Below are positions 14,358 through 27,882 of a stretch of 64,000 nucleotides of DNA, piece after piece. The position numbers and the translations under genes are program-made. Source of the stretch: Schmidtea polychroa. Lineage: Eukaryota. The stretch lies in contig CM097885.1 in NCBI GenBank assembly GCA_044892525.1, forward strand, positions 21,082,001-21,146,000. The letters run 5' to 3'. Numbering within the stretch: position 1 is the first letter of the stretch; the number at the start of each line of letters is the position of its first letter. The notes under the pieces were generated by a model, which saw nothing but the letters and a program-made list of their open reading frames with translations, did no database searches and had not been told where the DNA came from.

Positions 14358-14573
14358 GCACGTCAATTGCGCGGACGCCAATTGCGCGGGTCCAACTGTG
14401 CGGTAGGCAATTGTGCGGGTAGTCAATTGTTTAATAATACCCTTGTGAGTTGTTGAGCGTGAGCAGTACCCTTGTGAGCATTACCCATAGGGGGACAAAA
14501 TATTTTGTCGGATAGACTCGGAGTATATAGATTAATACTAATAATAATACTAATACTAATAATAATAATAATG

Positions 14574-14636
<63 letters not shown>

Positions 14637-14668
14637 TTAATAATATTAATAATAACAATATTAATAAT

Positions 14669-14737
<69 letters not shown>

Positions 14738-14765
14738 TGACGTCCGCGCAGATGACATGGTTTCC
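14358..14765. repeat. Array of ~15-bp CAATTG(C/T)GCGG units (probable MULE-type terminus) interrupted by a TACCC repeat plus (AAT)n
   Basis: The tandem units at 14364-14429 appear to resume at 14735 (AATTGACGTCCGCGCAGATGAC...TTTCC). Confidence 0.5.
14437..14540 (+). repeat. Dispersed ~100-bp 'TACCC/GACAAAATATTTTGTC' repeat
   Basis: Close copies lie at 29295-29396 (-) and 32645-32733. Diverged copies lie at ~30760, 33548, 34824, 41824 and 43100, with a partial copy at ~3181. Confidence 0.85.
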
Positions 14766-15699
14766 TGTTTTGGATAATATTGTGAAAATCAATGATTATA
14801 GCTTTGTTTATATGGATTTTCTAGAAGAATCACAGGATACAGAAAATATAAATTAGATTGTGAAAAAATTTTGAAGGCGGTTCATTATGCGGTAAAATAT
14901 CGCAAAATTATTATTGATGACAATGAACTCTTCGATGATGTTATGCGAAAATTATATGAATGAAATAAAAATAAAATAGAAGTTAACTTTCACTGGATAG
15001 AAATAGACAAATATTTTAAAGATGAACATATTTCTATGAACAATTTGAAATGACTTATTGCATTTGGAATGTGCTTATTGGCTATAATTCAAATATTGAA
15101 AGAGTATTTCCAATTATTAATGATTTGTGGGGTAGTGACTAAACATAGAGATTAAACATAGAAATCTTATCATCAATTATTTCATTGAATGTGAATCTAC
15201 ACTCATCTACAGTACACACGTAAAGACTTTTGTAATGTCTTTTTTTTAATTAATATATATAAACTGGACAGAAAATAAAGAAGATTTTCAAAGGCGATTA
15301 TTAAGGTAACGTGCTAAAATGAAAACTTTAGGCAGAAAAATTAAAAAAAAACCTGGGAATTAGAAATAAATTAAATATTCTGTATTTTTGGTTGTTGAGA
15401 CTCTGAGAGGTTAGCAGAAGAAATTACTCAAAATTTTAATTGAAAAATAAAAGGTTACAAACTGTAGAAAATTGTCATTAGAAACTCATATAATGTCGTA
15501 AAAGAATTAAAGGGAGAAATTGAAGAGGATTATAGTAGAAGTAAAGATTTGTGAGAAGTGAGTATTATTATCCTGAGTCAAACGGATAAAAGTTGCGATG
15601 GTGTATAAATTGCCTAATAAATTATTATTCAATTGTAAAACCAATTTTAATTTTATTTGGGGAGAGGTTGTAAGGTAATGGAAGGACTTCAATTTTTGA

Positions 15700-16000
15700 T
15701 GAACAAGTTTTCGGAAGCAACTATTTTTAAGATGTTTTAAACCCGTCTTGTAACATTGGCTATTTAATTTTACAAATGGATGGCACTACTTATTTGCTTT
15801 TCTTAAACATTTGTGGTAATTAGTGGTTTTATTTTTGATGTGATCATTGAGTCGAATGCGGAAGGTTCTCTGTGTTTCCCTTATGTTAGTTGAGTCATAC
15901 CTTAAATAAATGAATTTATAACCAAGATTTTTAGAAAAGCAAAATCACTGTGTAGTATAACTGCAAAATCAGTCACGAAACAAAATGTTTGATATTGGAG
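15700..16000 (-). pseudogene. Degenerate GIY-YIG (Penelope-like) remnant
   Basis: The minus strand near 15840-15880 translates as ETQRTFRIRLNDHI, matching GET.R....R..EH. The surrounding frames are broken. Confidence 0.45.
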
Positions 16001-16270
16001 ATTTGTAATGTTGTGATTTTAAGGGGCTAGAAGTAATGAAAGTTAATCGGATGTGTTGCGGAGGATGTTTTATATTATAGTTTTGTTGCTTTGTTTCGGT
16101 TGAGCCGGTGTTCGTTTAGAAACTATTTTGATATACTCTTTTTGAGATACCCGATTTGTAGGAACATTATTTTGAATTCTTCTGATGTTTCTTGTATATT
16201 ATTCGTGTCAGAGCAGTTTCTTATGGGTAGCATTCTTTCCCCTTAATTTTCTAATTTTCTACCTAATTAC

Positions 16271-17360
16271 TTGAACTTGAAGAAGAATAAAAAGAAAAAA
16301 CAGGTTTTTCAACAACATATGGACAGCATTGTTTTAACAGTCAGATTTCAAAATTGGATCAACTTTTTGAGTAGCTTGAATATGAAAATAGAATATCACA
16401 AAAGGAGATCTAGAATGTATATTAGACATTGCTCACAGTACAAACTCAATCATCCAAATGCAAAACTGGAGAAAATGAGAACTCGAATTTTAGAAATGAT
16501 CGACAGTGGAGGCCTTTTAAAGGGGCAAAGTAAGCACGATGAAATCGAAAAGATAAAAAATACAAGTGAAAATTTGACTAAATATGAAAATAAAATCTAT
16601 ATTCCCAAAGGAAATTGTAAAGCTTTTATAAAAGAAATTCACAGAAATCTTTGTTACGCGGGTATTGAAGAGTTAAAAGAGTACATTAGAAATATATTTT
16701 TTGTTCCTTTAGTTGATAAATCACTAAATTTAGGATAAATGCTTGTAAAATTGGTTCACCAAAAGTAATCTATGTAGATAGAAGGAAATGTTTTGAATCA
16801 AAATAATTTAAACTATTGCCCACTGAACATAATATCAATTTAAATTTCTACAGCCCATATAATCACCAAAAAAATGACCAGGTGGAAAGACAATTTCGAA
16901 AAATACGAGATTGGATACAATGTTGTTTTAATGACAAGTTGTACAAAAACTTTGAAGATTCACTACCACAAATAAAATATACATTAAATGACACAGTTCA
17001 GAAGACTACTAAAAAATCCCCAGTACAAATTATATTTGGCAAACGAATAAACAAACAATGTTTTGTTCAACGAGACATAATAACAAATGAAAGCATACCG
17101 AGCTCTATTGAAAATATCAATAGGAATCAGCAGCGAGTAATGCAATAAATTAAAGAGCTTAATAAAACTAACTGTTATCCAATCATAAAAGAATTCATAG
17201 AACATTCAACATTGGAGATAAAATATTAGTTAAAATAGATACAGAGGTCCCAGGGAAATAAAAAAGAAAATAATTGATAACCATATTGAAATGTTAGATA
17301 ATTCAGGTTCTAGGATCATTCGGAATATTGAATGTTTAAACCTTTTAAAGCGGGGGATAT
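16271..17360 (+). pseudogene. Ty3/Gypsy LTR-retrotransposon pol remnant (integrase) with polypurine tract
   Basis: IYIPK....FIKEIHRNLCYAG resembles the integrase Zn-binding region and SPYNHQKNDQVER.FR.I resembles the rve core, followed by LN.T....TKKSP.QIIFG. A PPT-like AAAGCGGGGGA lies at ~17347-17357. Confidence 0.75.
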
Positions 17361-18489
17361 AAATAATCTAATAATTAAATTACCCAATTAACAATTATCG
17401 TGAATGTTTTGATGCGTGAGTGTATGTTATTGTATGTCTGAAACATGTCTCATATTTCATGTTCATTATAACATAATAGTTTTCCATCCTAAAGAGATAA
17501 ATACTTGAACTGTTATGTTATTAAATAGATTTTAAAATTTACCAGATTTCGTATTATTTATCAACATGTAAAGTTCAAATTTAAGATTACTATATTCGTG
17601 AATAGAAAAAACGTTTTTTTTCAATCTTCTCATGTGTTGGTATTGTTTTTCTCTCAGTGTAATCCCAATACAGACTTAGCGATAATAGTTTCATTAATTC
17701 AGTATAAGATTCTTGAAAGCGCGAAAGGGAAGACCTGAATTCATGTTAGAATTTCATAGCATTGTTTGTGTTAAAGATTTTTAGCAATTTATTTACTTTT
17801 TCCGTTAATATTATGGACTGATGTTGTGAGATGTTTAGTGCAAGTTTTGATATGCTTTATGTCTGTTTATAACAAATTATTACATTTTTAAAGATTTTGA
17901 AATTAACTTTTGACGTCTACCGACGGGTCATTCTGATTCAACCAATAAGGTATTTTTTGGAACTGTTTGCCAATAGAAGTTAGGCCGCTAAGTATTGACC
18001 TGCATTGACCTGCAGAAACAAACAACGATCTAGTGAAGCGCAAATTAAGCAGTGAAATTGAATGATTGGGTCAGTTTGACTTACTGTAGTGCAACGAAAC
18101 TAAACAATTTTTAATTTTTTCCTTTGGGAATTGGAATGCGTTCTGAAGGATTTTATTGAGAAATTTATTATCAGCTAATTTTATCGAGAGTTTTGATTTT
18201 TAGGGTCAAGGACAATTGATTTCGTATATGATATTAACAGTAGAGCATTATACATCTTTTAGCTTTCATTGAAAGAAATTAGAAACAACTTGGTCAAGAT
18301 TTGTATGAACCCTATTTGAGAATAAAACTTCACAAATTACATAATCCACCATCAATATATTCTTGGAAATGTTATTAAACATCCATCAAGACCCCAACAA
18401 TCTGTAAATATAATAAAAACAAAGATATTGCGTGTTCGTTTTGTGGACAAATGAACCATATAAATAACATTTGCTGCTATGCGTTTTAA

Positions 18490-18646
18490 CCTTTTCGCTA
18501 CTACGTCCGTAAATCAACCTTTTTTGGGGAGTATATATAGTATCCTGCTCCTGTAAATATACGTACGAAACTAGTCTTAATGCGCTACTTTCATAACGTT
18601 GTACACAGAAAGCGCTCGGTCTTCCTTCAACTTGGCAGCGAAAGGG
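18490..18646. mobile_element. piggyBac-type MITE
   Basis: TTAA is present on both sides, with imperfect TIRs CCTTTTCGCTAC / GCAGCGAAAGGG. Confidence 0.7.
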
Positions 18647-19219
18647 TTAAATCCCGATATGTGACCAATGTTTGATTAAACATTTTTGCTACATTATGTT
18701 TCATTTAACATTAATTCATAAATGAAATATAATAAATAGCAATATATGGCTTTCACGAGTACAAATAGGCCGTCCGTACATAGGCTATCAAACTTAGTCA
18801 GTAGTAATTAGGTGTAAAATATTTAAAACAACATCATTTCAAAACTTTTCAAACAGCACTTTGTGAACAGTACAAATTAGAAATTTAATTAATTAAAATT
18901 AAAAATTATTTTTTCAGACACAAAAGACGGATTTGGTAAAAATAAATAATTTCTGATTTTTTAATATTTTTTTTTGTTTTTAAGAACGAAAAAATAGACA
19001 ATCATGTCATATACGCAAATAATGTGATATTTCACATTAAAATAATTAAAAAAATAAAAAATTTAAAAAAATAATTTTTAATTTATTTTTAATTTTCCGT
19101 CGTAAAAAAATAAAATAATAAAAAGAAATTATCGAACGTAAATAACATCAATTAAGTTACCTATTGCCCATTCGTGTATTAAGGAGAATGGAAGGATGCC
19201 GTAGAGAAAGCTGGATGCA

Positions 19220-19401
19220 TCAAGTAAACACGCCTAAAAGAGAATGCACACACCAAACATTAATTTCAATCCTGCCAACGACAGCAGATGGGTTGTTGCT
19301 CCGATAAATCAGCTGCATCAAGTCGCACTGATTGGCTTGGAATTATCATTGTCGCATATTTATTGGTGGCATTTCTACTGAGGATTTACTAGCATCATCA
19401 A
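19220..19401 (+). promoter_or_regulatory. Putative scratch proximal promoter
   Basis: E-boxes CAGATG (19285-19290) and CAGCTG (19310-19315), an inverted CCAAT box (CTGATTGG, ~19328-19335) and a forkhead-like GTAAACA (~19224) cluster just upstream of the ATG. This is motif evidence only. Confidence 0.45.
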
Positions 19402-20761
19402 ATGAATACCTCTTACTTCAATTCAACAGAAATGTTATCTAAATCGTTTGCTGATAACATGAAACCGGATTTTGGACAAGGATTAATTTACAATTTCAAC
19501 TACGATCACTTGACGGCCATTGCGTTGAGATTGGCAAACATTTTCCCATGGCAAAATATGTCGGCTCCTTCTCCGCAATATTTTGTGCCACCTTTCAGCA
19601 ATTTGAACAACATTTCTCTTTGGCAGAATTTTCCGAAACCCGATGAAAAATATGCCGATTTTGAAATAGGCGAAACGAAACATTTCGCTCCATTGAAAGG
19701 TAATTTTTTTTTCTTTTTTTTTTATTAATTATATTTGTCGACGGATTTTGTTAGCAATGAGAATTTCATTGCAAGCTCACTCGTTTGAAGAGTGATTTTG
19801 GTCGCCTGATACCCACGGCAAAAACTGAGTCGTTGTCTAACTCATTGAAATTCTAAGCACACTTATGTCACACTTCAAAAAAAATTTTTTTTCATGTACA
19901 ACGCTTTTAATATTAATGATTAAAACGGTTTTATTTATTTTAGACGATGAAATATCAAAACTTCAATCAGTAGATCCAACAAATGAAGCAATAAACCTAA
20001 AAATCCTCACCTTACCAGTAACGAATCCCAACAGTAATTATCAATCTCCAGCTTACAGTGATCAAGAAGAACAAATGAGCAAATCCTCCAAACCTGAAAA
20101 ACTCATTCAAACCGGAAGAAAACGGCGAAAATCCGGTTTCCAAACTGGTGTCACTGTCGGTTATACATACGAAGCGTTCTTTATCAGCGATGGAAGATCG
20201 AAAAAACGAAAATTCTCCAATTCGATTTCCGGTATTTCAAAATATTCGTTTAAAAAAGGCAAAAAAGATCCCGAATCAGTGCCATCTCTCACGGTCATTG
20301 AAGAAGCTGCAGAAAACACGGCGAAAATCCAACGATTTGTCTGTTGTGAATGCGGAAAAAACTATGCGACTTCATCAAATCTAAGCCGACACAAACAAAC
20401 CCACAGAACTCTCGACAGTCAGCAAGCTCGAAAATGTCCACATTGCGACAAAATCTATGTCAGTATGCCGGCTTTGTCGATGCATATTTTGACCCATGAT
20501 CTGAGACACCAATGCGATATTTGCGGCAAAGCGTTTTCTCGGCCTTGGCTATTGCAAGGCCATCGGCGAGCGCATACTGGTGAAAAACCCTATGGATGCG
20601 CTCATTGTGGTCGAGCTTTCGCCGATCGGTCGAATTTACGAGCTCACATGCAAACTCATTCTTCAATGAAAACTTATGAATGCAATGTTTGCAAAAGAAA
20701 TTTCGCTCTTAAATCCTACCTTAACAAACATCTTGAATCGTCTTGTTGTTTGAATCCATAA
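19402..20761 (+). CDS. scrt: Scratch-family zinc-finger transcription factor, join(19402..19699,19944..20761), 371 aa
   Basis: It has the Scratch domain GYTYEAFFISDGRS and five zinc fingers with scratch-specific sequences (CGKNYATSSNLSRHKQTH, YVSMPALSMHILTH, FSRPWLLQGH, FADRSNLRAHMQTH, FALKSYLNKHLESSC). The GT-AG intron at 19700-19943 is phase-compatible (G|AC = Asp). AATAAA lies at 20848. Confidence 0.93.
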
Positions 20762-21877
20762 ATTATTGTGCAAGAATATTTTACAGATATATTATCGATT
20801 TATCCAAATGAGTTTGACATTCCAATATGATTCAATTTGTTTTAATTAATAAATTGTATGAACACTTTTCAGTGATTTTTTTTGGAAAGTCATGAGAGGT
20901 GAAGAAGTCAAATAGTGCATATGTAAGGTATTAATGGCTGCACAAAATATGTTCGTTCACTATTCTTTTCAAAAAAAACATATAAATTACCATAAACATA
21001 TAGTCAAAAATTCTTCATTTCATTAAAACAACGGCCTCCAGGTACAAGCTTAAGTTCTTTGAAAAAAGGTTAACACAATCAAATATTTATGGAGATCTTT
21101 GAATAGTTTTACATGCAACCTGAACCTGTCAGTGAGATATTCTGTACCGATTTTGTTCACTAAATTTTTTATCTGACATAATAAAACGTCATAAACAACG
21201 TTCAAATTCATCTTCTCAACTAATCTAATGCGTTATCAAGATTTACCAACCCAGTGAAGTATACGAGAGAAATGTTATTCATGTACTTGAATTCTAGCAC
21301 GATAACTGCAACAAATTTAAATAAAGATATATTCTTTGATCATTTATATTCTCTCAATAACCGCTCTGTAATTTCTCCATCATATCAACCTTTTAAAAAA
21401 TAATTTGATCAGTTTCTCAAAAGCTCCAAACCTTTAGGGACTAGGCGTTCTTCTATAACGAAGTTTATTCGGATACAATCGCTTTGCTTATCTACAATTC
21501 CTGTTAGCCTAATCATGGATGAAATCCAGATCCAGCGCGTATCTAGAAAAAGAATATAAAACTATAATAAAGAATTTTAAAAATATAAAAAAAATACTTA
21601 GTAGTATAAAACGTTTTGGTAAAATAAATATTGTAAATTGGATATTTATTTTTATTATACTCGAAGTTTTCCATTTTTTAAATTCCTTTTTAGGACAATT
21701 GATCAAGATTTTACTGATTTTACCCATGCATTTTTATTATTATCTTGTCCTTTTAAAATATCGTACGTAAACAACCAAATGCATTTCGACGAATCTTCAA
21801 AGAAAAATAATAATAATAATAATTATAATAATAATATAATAATAACAGTTATAATAATAATAATTATTATAATTATA

Positions 21878-22024
<147 letters not shown>

Positions 22025-23077
22025 CGATACAAATAATATTGTGCTACGGTTTGGTGAAAGCTTTTCAACAAATCATTTAATTCAAACGCCAGCTGATGTG
22101 ACAGTGTAGGAGAAAGGCAAAGAATAAATCCCGATGAAATACTGATAAAGTGAGTGATTACGCATCAATTAGGAAAATACACGTACTGCACAAGGTATCA
22201 GTAGGCTCATCCAAGCCACTGGAGGCTGGAGATTACCGGCACGATATTGGGTGAAATCACAAAATACTTAAGCAATGCACAAATAATCATGACAAGACTC
22301 ACTTCAGTTTCATATTTGCTCAAATGTTTTTGTAACGGATTGGAAAGGCCACAATCGTGACCATCTGCATATCCAGCTGTCAGCCCATATAGAGGTGTTT
22401 CGTCGCCCAATTATGCAAGATTATATTGAATTAATTTATTTTAACATTTCCTATAAAGGATATGATTGTAATAATTGCGGATTTGTCATTCTTACGGACC
22501 AATTGACAAAAGATACTTTTTTGTTTTTTATTGTAATAATTTTTTCTAGTTTTATTTTGACGTTTCTGAAAAATTATTGACATTAAGCTCCAGTGAAAGT
22601 TTGGCAATCATTTTTAATATTTATTAAATTTACGCCTTTATATTTTTCAGAATTATTATTAGGAAGTAAAAGTTTTCCTTTTTATAACAATATATTTATT
22701 AAATAAATTATACAAAATAACAAAGGTGCTACCAGAAGTTTTTAACAAAGAGAAACATAGGACATTATTTTTTAAAATTGCAATAATATTTTTCTAAAAA
22801 TTATTTATATATTATATAAAATTTGCATTTATTGTTTAAATAAATACAAAATCATTTCTCGTGGTGATGTTATTAATTTCCCCTCCTCACTCTTTTAAAA
22901 TAAATATCAAAATTTAGACCATTAAATTTTATTATTATATCCGATGATTTTATATCTATTATCAAATAAAAATAATTTTAATAATAAAGTAATACTAATA
23001 CTAAAGTAATATATAGGTTTGTGTACCATCCCGAAGACTTAAACAATTAGACAAAAAACGCGAAGAAATAATTAGAC

Positions 23078-23309
23078 CAGTGTTTCCCGATCTTTTTTAT
23101 ACCATGCCCCATCATAGTATTTTCAAAAGTCATATGCTCCACCGGTCCATTTGAAGTAGCTGTCAAACATCGATAATCAGTATTGCCAGTATGCAAAAAT
23201 ATCGGTCGATGAAAGAGCATATTATATTAAAAGAAATATATATGGAATAGTTGATAATTGCTGACGTGCCCCACTTCTGAGGTGTGATGTCCCACTGTTG
23301 GAAACACTG
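23078..23309. mobile_element. hAT MITE (same family as 27891-28106, opposite orientation)
   Basis: TIRs are CAGTGTTTCC / GGAAACACTG. The 8-bp TSD is AATTAGAC / GATTAGAC. Confidence 0.85.
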
Positions 23310-26300
23310 GATTAGACAGAGTATATAGTAGATAAAAAGACCACACATATTATATATATATGAAAATTTTTAAACTCATATATCTTGAAAATTGCGATTC
23401 ACACCAACAGTTTCTTTCGCATCTTTATTTCTGTGATACATTTCAACAAAAAGAACAGTGATAATAGGAGAATCGTACGAAATATTATGAGATTATGATC
23501 CAAAGTTCCATCAAACTTTAACAGACTGACAGAATAGATAATAAGTAGATGTAGCAAAATATATTTAGGGGAATGCATCATTATCATATAAAAACTCGTT
23601 TTTTCAAAATAAACTTACAATATAAATTTGTTTAACTAATAAGCGTAACAAATGTTCTCTCATCAAAGTAAAAAAAATACATTGAGGGAGTTTTACAGTT
23701 GACAATATAAAAAACAATTGGTAATTTTTTAACAGTAGCTATTATTACCATATTATGATCGGGCAGTCTAACAGACGCATTTATATTGCGTAATTTGCGA
23801 GGTAAGCAAACCATGCGCGCCAATACTTGCATTATGCAACAAGTACTAGTACCTTGTCCCGCTTTTAACGTAAGCACTTTTAAACGTGTATTAATACTCC
23901 TCCCGCTCATAATGTGCTAAGTAAAAAATAATGAGCTGCAATTAAATATTCAGATTAATATAAATTAAAGTGTAATAATTTTTTTTAATCGAAAGACCCA
24001 TAAAAAGGCTACGACATAAAAATACCACATTTTATTAAATTATGTAAAAACATAATAAAAAAATATTTTTATGGACATTTTTATGGATATAAATTAGATT
24101 TCTTTTTAAAATATATGAATAACTTTTTCGAAGCAATCTAGAAAGTGTTCACGAGCTGCCTGTTGTGCAGGTCGGATATATATATATATATATAATTGTA
24201 TAATGAAGTTATACTTTTAGTATTTATAACGTCTATAATAATTACAAATATTTACCAATTGCAAAACAATTTAATTTTTTGTGAATGTTTAAATATATCT
24301 TCAAGAGGATTTTTATTCGTCGTCGAGTGATGTAAACATGAGTAATTTGCATACTACATCAATCAATAACATACATTCATTTAATATTTTATTTTCTTTT
24401 ATTTATATATTTAATTAATTAATTTAATTATATTCTAACAGTATTTTTTTGATTTTCTTATCCCCTCTTGTAACGGGTATATCTTTACATTGTCATTCCT
24501 AAACTTTAATTATGATTAGTTAAATTTGTTAAAAATTTCTTTCGAAAAAATTGGTTTCTTAGTTTCAAACGAATTTTACCGAAACAGAATGAAATTGTAT
24601 TGTTTATTTTTGGATAAAAACTTTCAATATACAATAAAATATTTTAGCTTTACTCTCAACAATCTTTACTTAAGTCCTTTATTGGATACGTCACTACAGA
24701 GAAGCACAGTAAAATTGCGATAATGTTATTTACATATGAAAATGTTGATGGGAGCACGTGCCCAAAGGCCCAATACTTGCTAAAGTCCAAATTGTCTCTT
24801 TGATAATAAAATAATTTTTGACGAGTTTTATTATGGAAAAGATGCTAAAGCATAGCGCAAAAGATACACATAAAGTAAGCAGCAATATTAAGCTAAGAAA
24901 AGGTTTTGTTATAGGTTCCTTTAATTTTTATTCGGTAGTAACACATCCAAGAAAGTCTAAGTCTAAGAATCTAAGAAAGTCTAAAGTCTAAGAAAGGTAA
25001 TATCAGATATCTGATTGTAAAATATAGTCAATTTCGAAATGGATAACTTTGGATATTTTTCCTTGACAGGTTCAGATTTTAGATATTTCGTTTGAATGCA
25101 CTCCAAAATATCTAATAATCCTAACTTCATGTAAAAGATAAATCCTAAAACCTAAAAATATTTTATTTATTACAAAACTACTAATAAATATGCAAGATAA
25201 CTTCAACGTGATTAAATCATGCTAGCAAACTATTTTTACATAATTAGCATTATTATTATGTCAACGTGTAATATATGATGTAAAGCATGTGACTGACATT
25301 GACAAATTACATTCCTCCTTATCAATAAACAGAATTCTTCAAGCCGAACCAATCCCAATACAAATGGAAACCTTCGATATTTGAGAGACGTCTATTCATA
25401 TTTCACCACGAGCTATTCTTCTGATAATTCACAAATGGTTAGGTGCCAGATTTTGTTACCACGCCTGTAGTTCAGTCAGAGTGATACCCTGAAAAAGTAA
25501 GATCTAGATTATACATACAAATATGTTTTGTGGTAGAACAAAATAATACAAGAAAAAGTATAGAAAAAAACATATCACATAAACAGGCGTAAATATTCTT
25601 CAAACACAATTATGAAATGACGCATTATGAAAAAGGTAGATGAGATAGAGAATAACAATAAAAAGTAAACATATATGTAAATCTGTTAATTTAAGCTCAA
25701 GTTATTTAACTGAAATATTACGCAAATAACCCTATATATCTCTTATTTTATTATGTTTTCTTATTATTTAAAATATGATCCATGTATATATTGTAGCTTG
25801 ATATTACTGTGGTATTCTTGCATATCTTTGCTAATGTTTTCAGTTCATTTTCTTTTAGTTCTGGTTTCTTAAGGGATACGTCATCATCATTATCCCATGT
25901 GTCTAGGCTACCTACAATTAGTGTGATTTACGCCGTGTCAGTTTTGTTTTTCTATTGTTTTAAATGCTAAGATTATGTATTTATTATAATCTGATTACGT
26001 TTGTTACTACGAGAGTTTTGTGTTTGTTTACAACGGTTAAGTATAGGTCTTGTGTTTCCCAATGTTCATTGCATAGACAGCATAATATATTTAGGTTTTC
26101 TGTATGTTTATATGGTGATTATATAAACTGATGATTCCTTGATAGCAGCATTAATTCAATATTAAACAATTAAATGATAATTTAAGCCTTTTGCTGAGTA
26201 GGAGTAAAAGTAAAAAAATGTGAGTAATCAATAAAATGAAAGAATTTTCAACTATAAAAGTAATCCTTTTCAATTTTTATGGATAGATTCTTTCATGTAT

Positions 26301-26317
26301 TCTATCCATTTCATCAA

Positions 26318-26513
<196 letters not shown>

Positions 26514-27262
26514 TATGTTTTTTATATTAAAATCTTGAAAATAAATAAAAGCTAAAAACTGAAAATCCCTATTAATGGCCAACTGAAAAGAGTCCTAAGT
26601 TATATATGTAAAACATGGAATATTTGGATGATTTGAATCTACAGCTTGATGTACAATAATGAGTGTAATTGAATTAACACTAAACCTGACCCGTTTTGAA
26701 CGAAATTCCCTATATAATTCAATACGAAAAACGCAACCGAAAAATTCTCACAGGAGAGAAATCAATGACAATTTAACCGATGCCCGGTCAACCAGATCAA
26801 AAGTCTTGATATTAAAAAACATAATCAAATTTCTTAATTATATTCTGATACTAATTAGTTCGGATTGATGCCTGCTGAGATCTTTGTCGGATCTGTAATA
26901 GGCGATAGTTGCATCAGATCAGCTCAGCTGGCTTGATCCAGGTGTCAGAAGCCCAACTAATGTCCGAATCAATTAGCTAATATCTGGCTGCAGTTCATTT
27001 TTTTTAATAATATCTACTTAACGGGTTCCACGGATTAGTTATTATTTTACCCGGAGCAACTGGTATATGTTATTAAATGAAATTTTTCCAATTAGATTCG
27101 ATTTTAATTACAAATATTCATGTTTTTTTTGAAATTTTTCAGTGAGAAAAAGTAAAAAATCAAACTGATTTTTTGAATACAGCGAAATATATTTATAAGT
27201 TTATTAACTAATTTAAACAAAACTCAGACACAATCTAAATATCATTTGTCGTTACCTTAGGC

Positions 27263-27467
27263 CAGCCATGGTCAACCAGTGGCCCGGACACAATTTTAAA
27301 CATCAAATCAATAATTGTCTTTTTTAGAATTCATATTCGAATTAAGCATGTTTTTAATTTAAAAAATTGATTCTAAGTTTACTTGAATCGTAAAAACGAG
27401 TTATATTTATTTAAATGAATTTATTGTGGCCCGTGATAGTATTTTTCCGAAAATTTGGCCACCACTG
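27263..27467. mobile_element. hAT (Charlie-type) MITE
   Basis: Imperfect TIRs CAGCCATGGTCAA / TTGGCCACCACTG, TSD CCTTAGGC / TCTTAGGC, and internal TGGCCCG motifs. Confidence 0.7.
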
Positions 27468-27882
27468 TCTTAGGCATAGAGTAAAGAGTTCTAAAAATAA
27501 TAAAATTATTTTTATTTATATACATTTGGCCTTTTGTAGTTCAAAGTAAGTTTGACCATTTTAGTCTCCATGCATTAAAATGTACACATTTAAATTTTAA
27601 ACTTATTTTATTGCACTATTTATTGTTTTCCAATACATTTTCCTTTAGGATGTTGTGCGCCTGACCTCTCTATTTGTAATATACATTGTACAGAAAAACC
27701 GAAGTTCTGAAGTATATTACATGGTCTATATGTAGCCGTGTACTGACTTGAAAATTTTTATTTTTTGTAGCTTCTCGAAAATTGACTTAGTACTTTTGAG
27801 ATAACACAAAAAAAATATTTCCTACACGAATTCGAACTTTATTATATTTTTGAATTTTTTAAGAGCTGTTGAGAAACTAATA

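Noticed and set aside
14900..15200. Possible hAT dimerisation-domain remnant (NSNIERVF..IN.LW)
   Set aside because: It is too degraded and has no termini, so it was not called as a feature.
19865..19943. ATG at 19865 as the scratch start
   Set aside because: It lies within the predicted intron. A good acceptor at 19943 joins exon 1 in phase.
20950..21545. Possible decayed transposase on the minus strand downstream of scratch
   Set aside because: Only a weak YFTGL-like word was seen, with no continuous frame or TIRs.
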